DNA from: Bacillota bacterium
Lineage (GTDB): Bacteria > Bacillota > UBA994 > UBA5500
Length of the DNA: 64,000 nt
Reading direction: 5' to 3'
Assembly: GCA_012735505.1 (NCBI GenBank)
Contig: JAAYHE010000025.1
Span: forward strand, 10,414 to 74,413
The position numbers and the translations under genes are program-made. A model generated the notes under the pieces. That model saw only the letters and a program-made list of their open reading frames with translations. It searched no databases and was not told the DNA's origin. Shown one piece after another: positions 20,388 to 29,939 of this stretch. Numbering within the stretch: the first letter of the stretch is position 1; every line of letters begins with the position of its first letter.

Positions 20388-21121
20388 TATTTGCCGCCTC
20401 CTAAATCGCCTAATTCATATTGAACAATAGCTAAAAGGGCCAGCGGTGCCGTCTCTGTGCGCAGAATACGCGGCCCTAAAGAAATGCTGCGCCAGCCCCG
20501 CTCGCGCAGCCAGTCTACCTCCCTAGGGGTTAAACCTCCTTCCGGGCCCACAAGTAAATGTACGGCAGCAACATCTTGCCCAGAAAGGGCAACCCGCAGA
20601 GGTGCGCTATCTTCTTCCCAGGCTACAAGCGCTAAGTGGGATTGTGGCACTGGCGGTAGTTCTCCCAAAGAGATGGGAAGCCCTATGGTGGGTATCTTGC
20701 CCCGCCGGCTCTGTTTCGCCGCCTCTAAGGCAATCCGTTGCCAACGAGCCAGCCTCTTAGCCAAGCTATCTGGTTTCAATTTCACTACCACACGCTCGGT
20801 AACAACGGGAGTAATACTTTCCACCCCTAGTTCGGTTGCTTTTTGGATGACTAACTCTAGCTTATCGCCTTTAGGTAAGGACTGATAAAGGTGGATAGGC
20901 AAATCAGATTCACCACTATTGGCTAACACGTCGCCCACCTCTGCTGTGACGCGGTTTGGACTTACCTCCGTCAGGGTAGCAAGGTAAACACGACCTGCAG
21001 CCACAACTTCGATGCTAGCACCAGGCTTAAGGCGTAAGACTTTGGCGATGTGGGCAGCGTCGTCACCCTCAATGACGGCGTGTCTGCCGAGTAGAGCTTG
21101 CTCTAAGAAAAATCTGGACAT
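20387..21121 (-). CDS. rsmE: 16S rRNA (uracil1498-N3)-methyltransferase RsmE
   Basis: 244 aa with a PUA-like N-terminus (RFF...H..KVLRLK.G) and the SPOUT C-terminal motif LLVGPEGGL...E. TAATG overlap with mtaB. Confidence 0.88.
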   Translation of the reverse strand: MSRFFLEQALLGRHAVIEGDDAAHIAKVLRLKPGASIEVVAAGRVYLATLTEVSPNRVTAEVGDVLANSGESDLPIHLYQSLPKGDKLELVIQKATELGVESITPVVTERVVVKLKPDSLAKRLARWQRIALEAAKQSRRGKIPTIGLPISLGELPPVPQSHLALVAWEEDSAPLRVALSGQDVAAVHLLVGPEGGLTPREVDWLRERGWRSISLGPRILRTETAPLALLAIVQYELGDLGGGK

Positions 21122-21125
21122 AATC

Positions 21126-22052
21126 CTACCTCTGCCGACAAACTAGAGCATGCCAATCGCTTTCGCTAAGTTCTTCTATTACCTGAAAATCATGCTCGGC
21201 TAAAGTAGCAATAACCTGCTCCCGACGTTCGCCGATAATACCAGAAGCAATGAATAGACCATCAGATCGCAAGAAAGCTTTGACAGCGGGGGTTAACTCT
21301 ATAATGATGCGGGCGATAATATTAGCCACGATAATGTCTGCCGGCCCGGAGGCAGCCTGCAACAGGTCACTTTCTCTGACGCTAACCTGCCCCTCTACCT
21401 TGTTAATAGCAACGTTTTCCCGGGCAATCCGCACGGCTACAGGGTCGTAATCGAGGGCCTCGACCTCTGCCGCACCCAGCCGGGCAGCCGCAATTGAGAG
21501 AATGCCGGAACCGCACCCGACATCAATCACCCGCTCGCCTCCGCGGATGTAGCGTTCTAAGATATCCAGGCACATGGTGGTAGTCGGATGGTTCCCCGTG
21601 CCGAAAGCCATGCCAGGATCGAGTTCAATTACGAGACGATCCGTGGGCTTTATTTCTTCCCAGCTAGGTTTAATGAGTAATTTTTCTCCCACAGCAACGG
21701 GTTTGTAGAACTCCTTCCAAACAGTAGCCCAGTCGGTATCTTCCACCTCAGATAAGGACACTTCCGCCCGACCAGGGTCGAGGTCAAAATCGGCCAGAGC
21801 AGCCAACGACTGCCGAATGGACTCTACTTTGTCGGCTAATTGAGAATCGACAGGTAGATAAGCGATCAGCCGTACCTCTTCCAGAGGAAAATCCTGCACC
21901 GACAATGGCATATAGTCTTCAACATCAGGATCTAATACCGCCGGTTCGCTGTCTTCGATAACTAACCCATTAACGCCCTGTTGATAGAGAATATCAGCGG
22001 CAGCCTCTTTAGCTTCCTGCGAGGTAATGACTGTGATCTCCATCCATTTCAT
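21126..22052 (-). CDS. prmA: Ribosomal protein L11 methyltransferase PrmA
   Basis: Contains LDPGMAFGTG.HPTT and the SAM motif DVGCGSGILSIAA. Position is dnaJ-prmA-rsmE. Confidence 0.9.
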   Translation of the reverse strand: MKWMEITVITSQEAKEAAADILYQQGVNGLVIEDSEPAVLDPDVEDYMPLSVQDFPLEEVRLIAYLPVDSQLADKVESIRQSLAALADFDLDPGRAEVSLSEVEDTDWATVWKEFYKPVAVGEKLLIKPSWEEIKPTDRLVIELDPGMAFGTGNHPTTTMCLDILERYIRGGERVIDVGCGSGILSIAAARLGAAEVEALDYDPVAVRIARENVAINKVEGQVSVRESDLLQAASGPADIIVANIIARIIIELTPAVKAFLRSDGLFIASGIIGERREQVIATLAEHDFQVIEELSESDWHALVCRQR

Positions 22053-22069
22053 GGCCGTGCCCCCTTGAC

Positions 22070-23194
22070 TTAGTTTTTGCCAAAAATCTTCCCGAAAATG
22101 CCCTTACCTTCAGTATTAACACTGTCCCCCATTGTTTCAGCTAACTCGACTAGGAGTTCTCTTTGCTTTGCAGTTAAACGCCGGGGAGTTTCGACGATGA
22201 TACGTACCAACAGGTCGCCCCTCTGCTTAGAACCTAGACGTGGAACGCCATGCCCTCGAATTCTGAGCATAGTGCCGCTTTGAGTCCCCTCAGGTACGGA
22301 TAAGGTCACAGTTTTTCCATCGAGCGTCTTCACCTTGATGTCCCCACCTAGAGCAGCCAAGGGAAAACTAATTTTTTCTTCTCTGATCAAGTTCAATCCA
22401 TCACGCACAAACTCGCGGTGAGGACGCACCCTTATATAGACAAAAAGATCTCCTGGGGGGCCCCCGCGCAAACCACCTTCGCCTTCACCGCTTAAACGCA
22501 GGCGCGTTCCATCATTGACCCCACCAGGCACCTTGACGGTGACCCGGCGTGTGCGTCGCACCGTTCCTTGCCCTCGACATTCGCGGCACGGCGTCTCTAT
22601 ATAGGTACCAGTCCCGTAACAGCGATCACAGGTGCGACTAGTCATAATGCGCCCAAAGGGGGTTGTCTGTGCATATTGGATCTGCCCAGAACCATGGCAT
22701 TGGGGACAAGTAATAGGGCTTGTGCCGGGCTCGGCCCCGGTGCCATCACAGGTTGGGCACTTTTCTGTGCGCGGCAATTCAAGCTCGACCTCTTTACCAA
22801 ATACGGCGTCAACAAAATCTATTTCTAGTTCGTAACTAAGGTCAGCGCCCCGCTGAGGACCTTGGGCCCGTCGCTGCCTAGGCCCCCCGAAGCCACCGCC
22901 AAACATCATTTCAAAAATATCATCTAAACCGAAGCCTGAAAAGTCGAAGCCTTGACCAAAGGCTTGCTTGTCAAAGGCAGCATGCCCCATTTGATCATAT
23001 TGCGCTCTCTTTTGCGGATCACTGAGCACCTGATAGGCCTCGGTGACTTCCTTAAATTTGTCAGCAGCATTGGGATCTTCTTTATTTACGTCTGGGTGAT
23101 ATTTGCGTGCCAGACTGCGGTAAGCTTTTCTTATTTCGCTTTCGCTAGCATCTCTACTTACCCCTAGCACTTCATAATAATCGCGCTTAGCCAT
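22070..23194 (-). CDS. dnaJ: Chaperone DnaJ
   Basis: J domain (DYYEVLGV...HPD), a G/F region, and four CxxCxGxG zinc repeats. Confidence 0.95.
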   Translation of the reverse strand: MAKRDYYEVLGVSRDASESEIRKAYRSLARKYHPDVNKEDPNAADKFKEVTEAYQVLSDPQKRAQYDQMGHAAFDKQAFGQGFDFSGFGLDDIFEMMFGGGFGGPRQRRAQGPQRGADLSYELEIDFVDAVFGKEVELELPRTEKCPTCDGTGAEPGTSPITCPQCHGSGQIQYAQTTPFGRIMTSRTCDRCYGTGTYIETPCRECRGQGTVRRTRRVTVKVPGGVNDGTRLRLSGEGEGGLRGGPPGDLFVYIRVRPHREFVRDGLNLIREEKISFPLAALGGDIKVKTLDGKTVTLSVPEGTQSGTMLRIRGHGVPRLGSKQRGDLLVRIIVETPRRLTAKQRELLVELAETMGDSVNTEGKGIFGKIFGKN

Positions 23195-23384
23195 ACGGAA
23201 CCTCCCTTAACACCGCTACCTTCGGCGTACCTGCCTGCCGCCACAGGCGTCAACTATTCGCTACGCTCTGCATAACATAGCAACTCGAATGTAGCCTCAT
23301 GCTGCAAGGGCTGCCCCATCATAATGGGACAGCCCCATTTGCAGAAACCGCTGATGGCGGCAGTAGCGGCCTTAACGACGCCTA

Positions 23385-25217
23385 CTAGTTTTGAGGCTCG
23401 TCGTCTACTTTGTATTCGGCATCGACCGTCTCCCCGTCTGTGGGAGATCCATCCTGAGCAGCGTTTTGTTGTTGCGCTTCTTCAGCTGCTTGGCTATATA
23501 GCATGGTGGAAAGCTCGTTGACGTACTTAGTCAGTTCTTCTGTAGCTGCTTTGATAGCATCAACATCATCCTGTTTTATTACTTCTTTGACCTTGTCTAC
23601 TGCCTTGTTGATTGCCTCCGCCTTGTCTGCCGGCACTTTATCGCCCAGATCTCGCAAAAGCTTTTCCGTGGAGTAAACTAGGTGATCACCATTGTTCCGC
23701 AGCTCAGCTAATTCTTTGAATTTAGCGTCTTCCGCCGCATGCTGTTCAGCATCCTTAATCATGCGTTCGATCTCTTCTTCAGATAGGCCGGTCGACGAGG
23801 TAATCGTAATGTGTTGCGACTTACCCGTAGCCAAATCTTTAGCCGAAACGTTCACGATACCATTGACATCAATGTCAAATTTGACTTCAATCTTAGGAAT
23901 ACCCCGCGGTGCCGGTGGAATACCATCGAGAGTGAAGCGGCCTAAAGTCACATTTTGATGAGCCATCGGTCTTTCACCCTGCAAGACATGGATTTCCACT
24001 TGGGTTTGGTTGTCGGCTGCCGTCGAGAAAATCTGGCTTTTCTCGGTGGGGATTGTAGTGTTGCGTTCAATAAGCTTGGTAAACACCCCGCCCAAGGTTT
24101 CAATACCTAACGAAAGCGGCGTAACGTCGAGGAGTACGACACCCTTAACGTCACCAGCAATCATCCCCGCCTGCAAAGCTGCACCCATGGCTACAACTTC
24201 ATCGGGATTGACTCCCTTATGGGGCTCCTTGCCAATTAGGTTCTTAACAGCTTCTTGAATGGCAGGGATGCGGGTCGAACCGCCGACTAGGATGACCCTA
24301 TCTATATCAGAAGGCTTTAAGTTAGCGTCAGCTAAAGCTTGCCGAGTCGGCCCCATAGTTTTTTCTACTAAGTCCCGAGTCAATTCCTCAAACTTAGCGC
24401 GGGTTAATGTCATATCCAAGTGCTTAGGGCCGTTTTGATCAGCCGTGATAAACGGCAGATTGATATTGGCGCTGACAAGGCCCGATAATTCGATTTTGGC
24501 TTTTTCGGCTGCTTCCTGCAGACGCTGCATGGCCATGCTGTCCTTACTGAGATCAATACCTTGCTCTTTCTTAAACTCGCTAACCAAATAGTCTACAATG
24601 CGTTGGTCAAAATCGTCGCCACCCAAACGATTGTTACCAGCCGTGGCCAAAACTTCAAAAACGCCATCACCTAGCTCGAGAATAGAGACGTCAAAGGTGC
24701 CTCCACCTAGGTCGAAAACTAAAATGGTTTGGTCTTGGCTCTTGTCTACACCGTAGGCTAAAGCAGCTGCTGTCGGCTCATTGATAATGCGGAGCACATC
24801 GAGACCAGCAATCTTGCCTGCATCTTTGGTGGCTTGCCGTTGGCTATCGGTAAAGTAAGCCGGCACCGTAATTACAGCTTGGGTAACGCTTTGCCCCAAG
24901 TAGGCCTCTGCTTCTTGTTTGAGCTTGCGTAAGATGAAGGCCGAAATCTCTTGGGGTGTATATGTTTTATCATTGAGCTTAACCGTATAATTGGTACCCA
25001 TATGACGTTTGATCGAAAGGACGGTGCCCTCCGGGTTGCTAACCGCCTGCCGCTTGGCAACGGCTCCAACTAGTAGCTCGCCATTCTTAGCGAAGGCCAC
25101 CACCGAAGGGGTAAGACGCGATCCTTCTGCATTAGCAATAACAGTAGGTTCGCCCCCTTCTAAAACTGCAACTACCGAGTTAGTAGTGCCTAAATCTATT
25201 CCAATTACTCTCGACAT
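23385..25217 (-). CDS. dnaK: Chaperone DnaK (Hsp70)
   Basis: Contains [18 protein letters not shown] and [11 protein letters not shown] signatures. 610 aa. Confidence 0.97.
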   Translation of the reverse strand: MSRVIGIDLGTTNSVVAVLEGGEPTVIANAEGSRLTPSVVAFAKNGELLVGAVAKRQAVSNPEGTVLSIKRHMGTNYTVKLNDKTYTPQEISAFILRKLKQEAEAYLGQSVTQAVITVPAYFTDSQRQATKDAGKIAGLDVLRIINEPTAAALAYGVDKSQDQTILVFDLGGGTFDVSILELGDGVFEVLATAGNNRLGGDDFDQRIVDYLVSEFKKEQGIDLSKDSMAMQRLQEAAEKAKIELSGLVSANINLPFITADQNGPKHLDMTLTRAKFEELTRDLVEKTMGPTRQALADANLKPSDIDRVILVGGSTRIPAIQEAVKNLIGKEPHKGVNPDEVVAMGAALQAGMIAGDVKGVVLLDVTPLSLGIETLGGVFTKLIERNTTIPTEKSQIFSTAADNQTQVEIHVLQGERPMAHQNVTLGRFTLDGIPPAPRGIPKIEVKFDIDVNGIVNVSAKDLATGKSQHITITSSTGLSEEEIERMIKDAEQHAAEDAKFKELAELRNNGDHLVYSTEKLLRDLGDKVPADKAEAINKAVDKVKEVIKQDDVDAIKAATEELTKYVNELSTMLYSQAAEEAQQQNAAQDGSPTDGETVDAEYKVDDEPQN

Positions 25218-25238
25218 GTGTACCTACCTCCTCAAAAC

Positions 25239-25799
25239 TTAGCCTCTCGCTGCTACTTTAACCTTACTAGGGCGCAATAGCTTACCCTTATACATATACC
25301 CTTTTTGGAATTCTTGCAGGATAGTACCATCTTCTACATCAGAATCGCAAGTTTCCCGCATAACCGCTTCATGCACATTCGGGTCAAAGGGCCGCTGGCA
25401 GTCGATCAGCTCTAGCCCTTGTTGCTGCAATACATCTAGCAACTGTCGATAAACTAATTGCACGCCTTCTGCCCAGCCTGCCTCCGCCTCGGGCAAGTTA
25501 GCTAAAGCCCGGTCAAAATTGTCGAGCACCGGCAGTAAGTTGGATACTAAGGCGGCCTCGGCTAAAACAGCCTGCTCTAGCCTTTCCCGCTGCGTCCGTT
25601 TCCGGTAGTTATCGAAGTCGGCTTGTAACCGCAATAACCGATGTTCCATTTCCTGCAAGGTTTCTTGCAAGGCCTGCTGTTGCTCAGCCCCAGCTGCCGG
25701 GCAATCTGCTTCATCCGTTGTTGTGTCTGGTTCTGTAGCCTGCTGTTCTTCTACCGTTTGCTCCTCGGAGCAAATCTTTTCTTCTTTCAACCATGCCAC
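25239..25799 (-). CDS. grpE: Nucleotide exchange factor GrpE
   Basis: Contains RLQADFDNYRKR and a C-terminal beta domain (FDPN.HEA...GY...R.LRP..V.V). The start is uncertain (GTG 25799 or TTG 25790). Confidence 0.9.
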   Translation of the reverse strand: MAWLKEEKICSEEQTVEEQQATEPDTTTDEADCPAAGAEQQQALQETLQEMEHRLLRLQADFDNYRKRTQRERLEQAVLAEAALVSNLLPVLDNFDRALANLPEAEAGWAEGVQLVYRQLLDVLQQQGLELIDCQRPFDPNVHEAVMRETCDSDVEDGTILQEFQKGYMYKGKLLRPSKVKVAARG

Positions 25800-25803
25800 C
25801 TCA

Positions 25804-27387
25804 CTAAAAGTCTGTATTAGCTACTGATTTACTAATGTTATCATCGCTATCATCTTTTTTCTTGATGATAGTATCTATTCTCAGAATGGCCTCGGCAATT
25901 TCCCCGGCTGCCTTTAAAGCATGTAGTTTTACCAGAGTAGGGTCTAAGACCCCCAATTCGAGCATATCAGCTATCTCACCGCTATCACAGTTGATCGCTA
26001 AAGCATCGCTGCCTTGCTCAGCTTGCGCGGCGATCACATCTTCAACCTTTTCCAAAGGATTGAAACCAGCATTAGCCACTATCTGCGCCAGAGGTTTGCG
26101 TAAAGCACTACTGACGCAATCTAGGCCATAGGCTGCCATTCCTTTAACTGTCTCACGAGCCCGTTCTACATCGCGACAGACAGCTATTTCAATAGCCCCT
26201 CCCCCAGGCACGTAACCTCCTCGGACTGCAGCCTGGACCGCCGACGCAGCATCTTTTGCGATGCGTTCGCGCTCGCCCACAACCTCAGCAGTAGCCGCTC
26301 CTACTAGCACCGTAGCCATCGGTTTGCCAGCTCCCCCTAATAGGCGGACCTGTTTCAGTTTCTCATCCTCCATAACCACATCCGCTCGCCCCAGATAGCC
26401 GGCCAAGTCTGCCTTGCTCTTGTTGAGACCAGTACGTTTTATCATGCGCGCCCCACAATGTTCAGCCACCTGCCGCAGTTCCCTGCTAGCCACACGGCTA
26501 ACCACCATTACGCCGGCATCGGTCAGCATTTCTTCGGCCATGTAGTGGACGCCACGGTCAACCAAGACTAAGCCTACACCCATGTCGATCAGCTTAGCTA
26601 TGTTGGCCTTAAATTCCCGTTGCAGTTCCAAATAACGGGCAAAGCCAGCTTCGGTGCCTAGGGCCTCATCTTCTATTTCCTCGGGCTCTAAAGCATCGTC
26701 AACAACCAAAATCTGCACCTGTTTCAGCTCTCTTGGCATCTGCTTATTCAAACGCTGCTTGTCGATGATCACGCCCATAAAAACTTCGTTTCGGGCACCT
26801 TCCTGGGCAACAACAGTATCTGCTAACTTGAATGCTTGTTCCTGCAGTTTCTCTTGGCCAGTCAAACGCACGGCTTCTACCACTAGATCGGCGATATCAG
26901 CGTGCTCGCGACCGGCTATGTAGGCGATCTGGCGCAAGGCTGGGTCGTCGAGACCGGCTAAAGGACGGCTACGTTTAGTCAAAGACGCTTCAGCCGCCCT
27001 CAGGCCCGCCCGCATGCCTTCGATTACACGGGCTACCGGCACTCCTCGAACTACTTGATCAACGCCCACAGCCACCAAAGCACCAGCCATAATAGTAGTG
27101 GTAGTAGTGCCGTCACCAATTTCTTCTTGCTGTGCCTTGGCTGTATTGATGAGCATGCGGGCTGCAGGGTGGTTAACCTCCATCTTGTCTAAAATAGTGA
27201 CACCCGCATTAGTAATGGTCACATCGCCAAAACGATCTACCAACATAGTATCTAGACCTTTTGGCCCTATGGTCCCTTCCACAGCACCAGCGATGGCCGC
27301 GATAGCCGTGGCATTAGTCATTAGCGCCGCCAGCTTTTCATCAACTTCGCTACTCCCACTTACTTGCTTGATAGAGATGGTGATCAC
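25804..27387 (-). CDS. Thermosome-like (archaeal-type group II/III) chaperonin, Cpn60/TCP-1 family
   Basis: 527 aa with TIGPKGLDTMLV, the GDGTTT nucleotide-binding motif and VPGGGAIE. It has no GroES partner and sits between hrcA and grpE. The start codon is uncertain because GTG 27387 abuts AAGGAG. Confidence 0.85.
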   Translation of the reverse strand: MITISIKQVSGSSEVDEKLAALMTNATAIAAIAGAVEGTIGPKGLDTMLVDRFGDVTITNAGVTILDKMEVNHPAARMLINTAKAQQEEIGDGTTTTTIMAGALVAVGVDQVVRGVPVARVIEGMRAGLRAAEASLTKRSRPLAGLDDPALRQIAYIAGREHADIADLVVEAVRLTGQEKLQEQAFKLADTVVAQEGARNEVFMGVIIDKQRLNKQMPRELKQVQILVVDDALEPEEIEDEALGTEAGFARYLELQREFKANIAKLIDMGVGLVLVDRGVHYMAEEMLTDAGVMVVSRVASRELRQVAEHCGARMIKRTGLNKSKADLAGYLGRADVVMEDEKLKQVRLLGGAGKPMATVLVGAATAEVVGERERIAKDAASAVQAAVRGGYVPGGGAIEIAVCRDVERARETVKGMAAYGLDCVSSALRKPLAQIVANAGFNPLEKVEDVIAAQAEQGSDALAINCDSGEIADMLELGVLDPTLVKLHALKAAGEIAEAILRIDTIIKKKDDSDDNISKSVANTDF

Positions 27388-27611
27388 TCCTTATCCGGTT
27401 ATGACACAGGCTATGCCGCAAGCATCCCTGATGCAGAGTAAAGACCCCTACTCTGTGCAAGACGCATAAACTCGCAACTAAAGGGCCAGGAAGCAAATAC
27501 TCAGAGCGGCAATACACCCCGCTTGCGAGTGCTGCCGCTCTCCCCCTACGTTAGCAATAGCTCGCCAATTTACACAGCAGCATCTTTGCAAACTCCAGCA
27601 GCACTTAGCTC

Positions 27612-28634
27612 TTACATGTTAAACAACTGCTGTAGCGTGGTGCAAACGCCTTGCACCAGAGCTAAAACTCGATCGTAATCCATGCGCGTTGGGCCTAGCA
27701 AGCCGAAATGCCCCCTGAGGCCATCGCCCAGTCGATATTCGGCCGTTACTAGGCTACATTCCTGCATTACTCCTTCGGGGTTCTCAGAACCGATAGAGAC
27801 AGTTATGCCGTCACCGCTTGCCTGCGACACAGCCTCCCAGACAAGGACGTCTTCCTCCAACAACTCTAGAATAGCCCTGACTTTCTGCAGATCATGAAAT
27901 TCGGGCTGGTTCAAGATGTTGGTAGTGCCACCTAAATATACCTTGCCCACCTCATGTTGATTGACGCTACCCAGCAATTCATCCATTACAGACTCAATCA
28001 GGTCGATGCTGACTTGCATCTCATATTTTAAGGCGTGCAGATCGTTAGTCTGGATTTGGTCGAGGGGACGCCCAGCTAATCGCTCGTTTAACCAACGCTG
28101 CAACGACTCTAAAGTTTCCGCATCGACCCCGCTCGGTATGTCAATCATACGATTCAGCAACAAACCCCCGTCGGTGACACCTACCAGGTAGAGTTGATAA
28201 TCGTTTAAAGGAATGAGTTGAACTTGACGCAGCTTCACTTGCGTTTCCCTTGGCCCTAACACGATGGCTGTATAGTTAGTAAGGGCCGACAATAACTTAG
28301 CCAACTGCTGCACAATTTCTTCCGCACTCCGCATACGCGACGACAAAATCCGTTTCATTAACGTTATTTCTTGCTTCGTCAGTGCGGGAATACGAAGCAA
28401 GGAATCTACGTAGAAACGGTACCCTCGGTCGGATGGTATACGGCCGGCAGAGGTGTGAGGCTGTTCCAGTAACCCCATCTCCTCGAGGTCCGCCATTTCG
28501 TTGCGAATAGTAGCAGGGCTGACGCCCAGGTCATAGCGCCTGGAAATAGTTCGAGACCCCACCGGCTCGGCCGTTTGAATGTAATTATGGACGATAGCAT
28601 AGAGCACCTGACGCTTGCGCTGATCCAGTTTCAC
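27612..28634 (-). CDS. hrcA: Heat-inducible transcription repressor HrcA
   Basis: 340 aa with an N-terminal winged helix (RKRQVLYAIVHNYIQTAEPVGSRTI...SPATIRNEMADLEE.G.L.QPHTSAGRIPS). A CIRCE operator lies upstream. Confidence 0.93.
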   Translation of the reverse strand: MKLDQRKRQVLYAIVHNYIQTAEPVGSRTISRRYDLGVSPATIRNEMADLEEMGLLEQPHTSAGRIPSDRGYRFYVDSLLRIPALTKQEITLMKRILSSRMRSAEEIVQQLAKLLSALTNYTAIVLGPRETQVKLRQVQLIPLNDYQLYLVGVTDGGLLLNRMIDIPSGVDAETLESLQRWLNERLAGRPLDQIQTNDLHALKYEMQVSIDLIESVMDELLGSVNQHEVGKVYLGGTTNILNQPEFHDLQKVRAILELLEEDVLVWEAVSQASGDGITVSIGSENPEGVMQECSLVTAEYRLGDGLRGHFGLLGPTRMDYDRVLALVQGVCTTLQQLFNM

Positions 28635-28731
28635 GACCTCACCGTTCCTTTCTATTTAGTGAAATCCCTGCCGCAATAACCCGATTGCATCATGCTAAAC
28701 TTAGCTCCTCCAAACCACTCTTACCCTCTTG

Positions 28732-28758
28732 TTAGCACTCTCCTAACGAGAGTGCTAA
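28732..28758. promoter_or_regulatory. CIRCE operator (HrcA binding site)
   Basis: Perfect TTAGCACTC-N9-GAGTGCTAA inverted repeat, 13 nt downstream of the predicted -10. Confidence 0.9.
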
Positions 28759-28771
28759 TATTCCTAGCTCT

Positions 28772-28800
28772 AAGATACACCCGGCATTTTCGGTTGTCAA
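28772..28800 (-). promoter_or_regulatory. Sigma-A type promoter of the hrcA heat-shock operon
   Basis: Minus strand reads TTGACA (28800-28795), 17 nt, then TATCTT (28777-28772). The -35 overlaps the hemW stop codon. Confidence 0.6.
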
Positions 28801-29939
28801 GTATTGGTGTCTGTCAGAAAGCAGCGAAAAACTACATTCGCTAACGGCACCATATGGGCAGATAAGGCATAACCTTTTTCGGTAGACACAAGCCAACCTC
28901 GCTGCAACAAGTCGGTAATGGTATCGCCAAAAACATCCTCTAAAGTAACTCCAAAACGCTGGACAAACTTGTGGGCATCTACCCCAGACATTAGGCGTAA
29001 GCCCAGAATCACTGTTTCGGCTGCGCTTCCTCTCACATCCAGGCATTCGCTACTGCCCACTGGTCTCTGACCAGATTGCACCAGGCAAGCATAGGTATCC
29101 ATATCGGCTACATTACATGCGCGCACCCCCGATCGATAAGAACAAGCAGCCGGACCCAAGCCCAGATACTCATCGTTATGCCAGTAGATGAGATTGTGCC
29201 GACATTCAAACCCTGGCCGGGAAAAATTCGATATTTCGTACTGCACTAAACCCTGCTGGGGCAAGAATTCGCGCGCCCAATCGTACATATCTGCTGCCAG
29301 ATCCGGGTCGGGCAGCTGCATCTTGCCACTATTAATCGCCTGGCCTAAGGGTGTTTCGTCATGAACTTCTAAGCAATAGAGAGAAAGATGAGGCAAGCCT
29401 CTAGCAGTTATAGTCTGCAAATCATGTTGCCAGCCAACCATGGTTTGCCCTGGGATACCGTAAATCAAGTCGCAACTAAGGTTTGTAAACCCAGCCGCTT
29501 GTGCCCGCGTAATGATAGTTAAAGCATCTTGGGCTGTATGTCGCCTACCGAGATGAGGTAACAAGTCGTTATCGAGGACTTGCACGCCTAAGCTCAGACG
29601 GTTAATCCCAGCTACACGATAAGCGGCCAAGTCGGTGTTTAGTAATGTTTCAGGATTTGCTTCCATACTGATCTCGGCGTCTTTGGCCAAAAGAAAATAT
29701 CGACTGACCCCATCCAGGACAGTCGATATCTGACGGGCGGTCAAGAGACTCGGAGTCCCGCCACCCAAAAAAACTGTACTTATTAGTTGCCCCTGCCCCT
29801 GCAGCCTCATCTCGGCTGCAAGCGAGTTCAGATATCGATCAATAGCTCCAGGCTGGGCAAGCACCGAGTAAAAGTCACAGTAGGCGCATTTTTGGCGGCA
29901 AAAAGGTATGTGGATATAGAGACCGATGCCTGTTTCCAT
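28797..29939 (-). CDS. hemW: Radical-SAM heme chaperone HemW (HemN-like, coproporphyrinogen oxidase family)
   Basis: Contains YIHIPFCRQKCAYCDF (CxxxCxxC). 380 aa in the lepA-hemW-hrcA order. Confidence 0.88.
   Translation of the reverse strand: METGIGLYIHIPFCRQKCAYCDFYSVLAQPGAIDRYLNSLAAEMRLQGQGQLISTVFLGGGTPSLLTARQISTVLDGVSRYFLLAKDAEISMEANPETLLNTDLAAYRVAGINRLSLGVQVLDNDLLPHLGRRHTAQDALTIITRAQAAGFTNLSCDLIYGIPGQTMVGWQHDLQTITARGLPHLSLYCLEVHDETPLGQAINSGKMQLPDPDLAADMYDWAREFLPQQGLVQYEISNFSRPGFECRHNLIYWHNDEYLGLGPAACSYRSGVRACNVADMDTYACLVQSGQRPVGSSECLDVRGSAAETVILGLRLMSGVDAHKFVQRFGVTLEDVFGDTITDLLQRGWLVSTEKGYALSAHMVPLANVVFRCFLTDTNT

Noticed and set aside
28732-29046. 104-aa minus-strand ORF spanning the CIRCE site and the hemW 3' end
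   Set aside because: It overlaps hemW in another frame, and its 3' end runs through the CIRCE operator and the hrcA promoter. No RBS.
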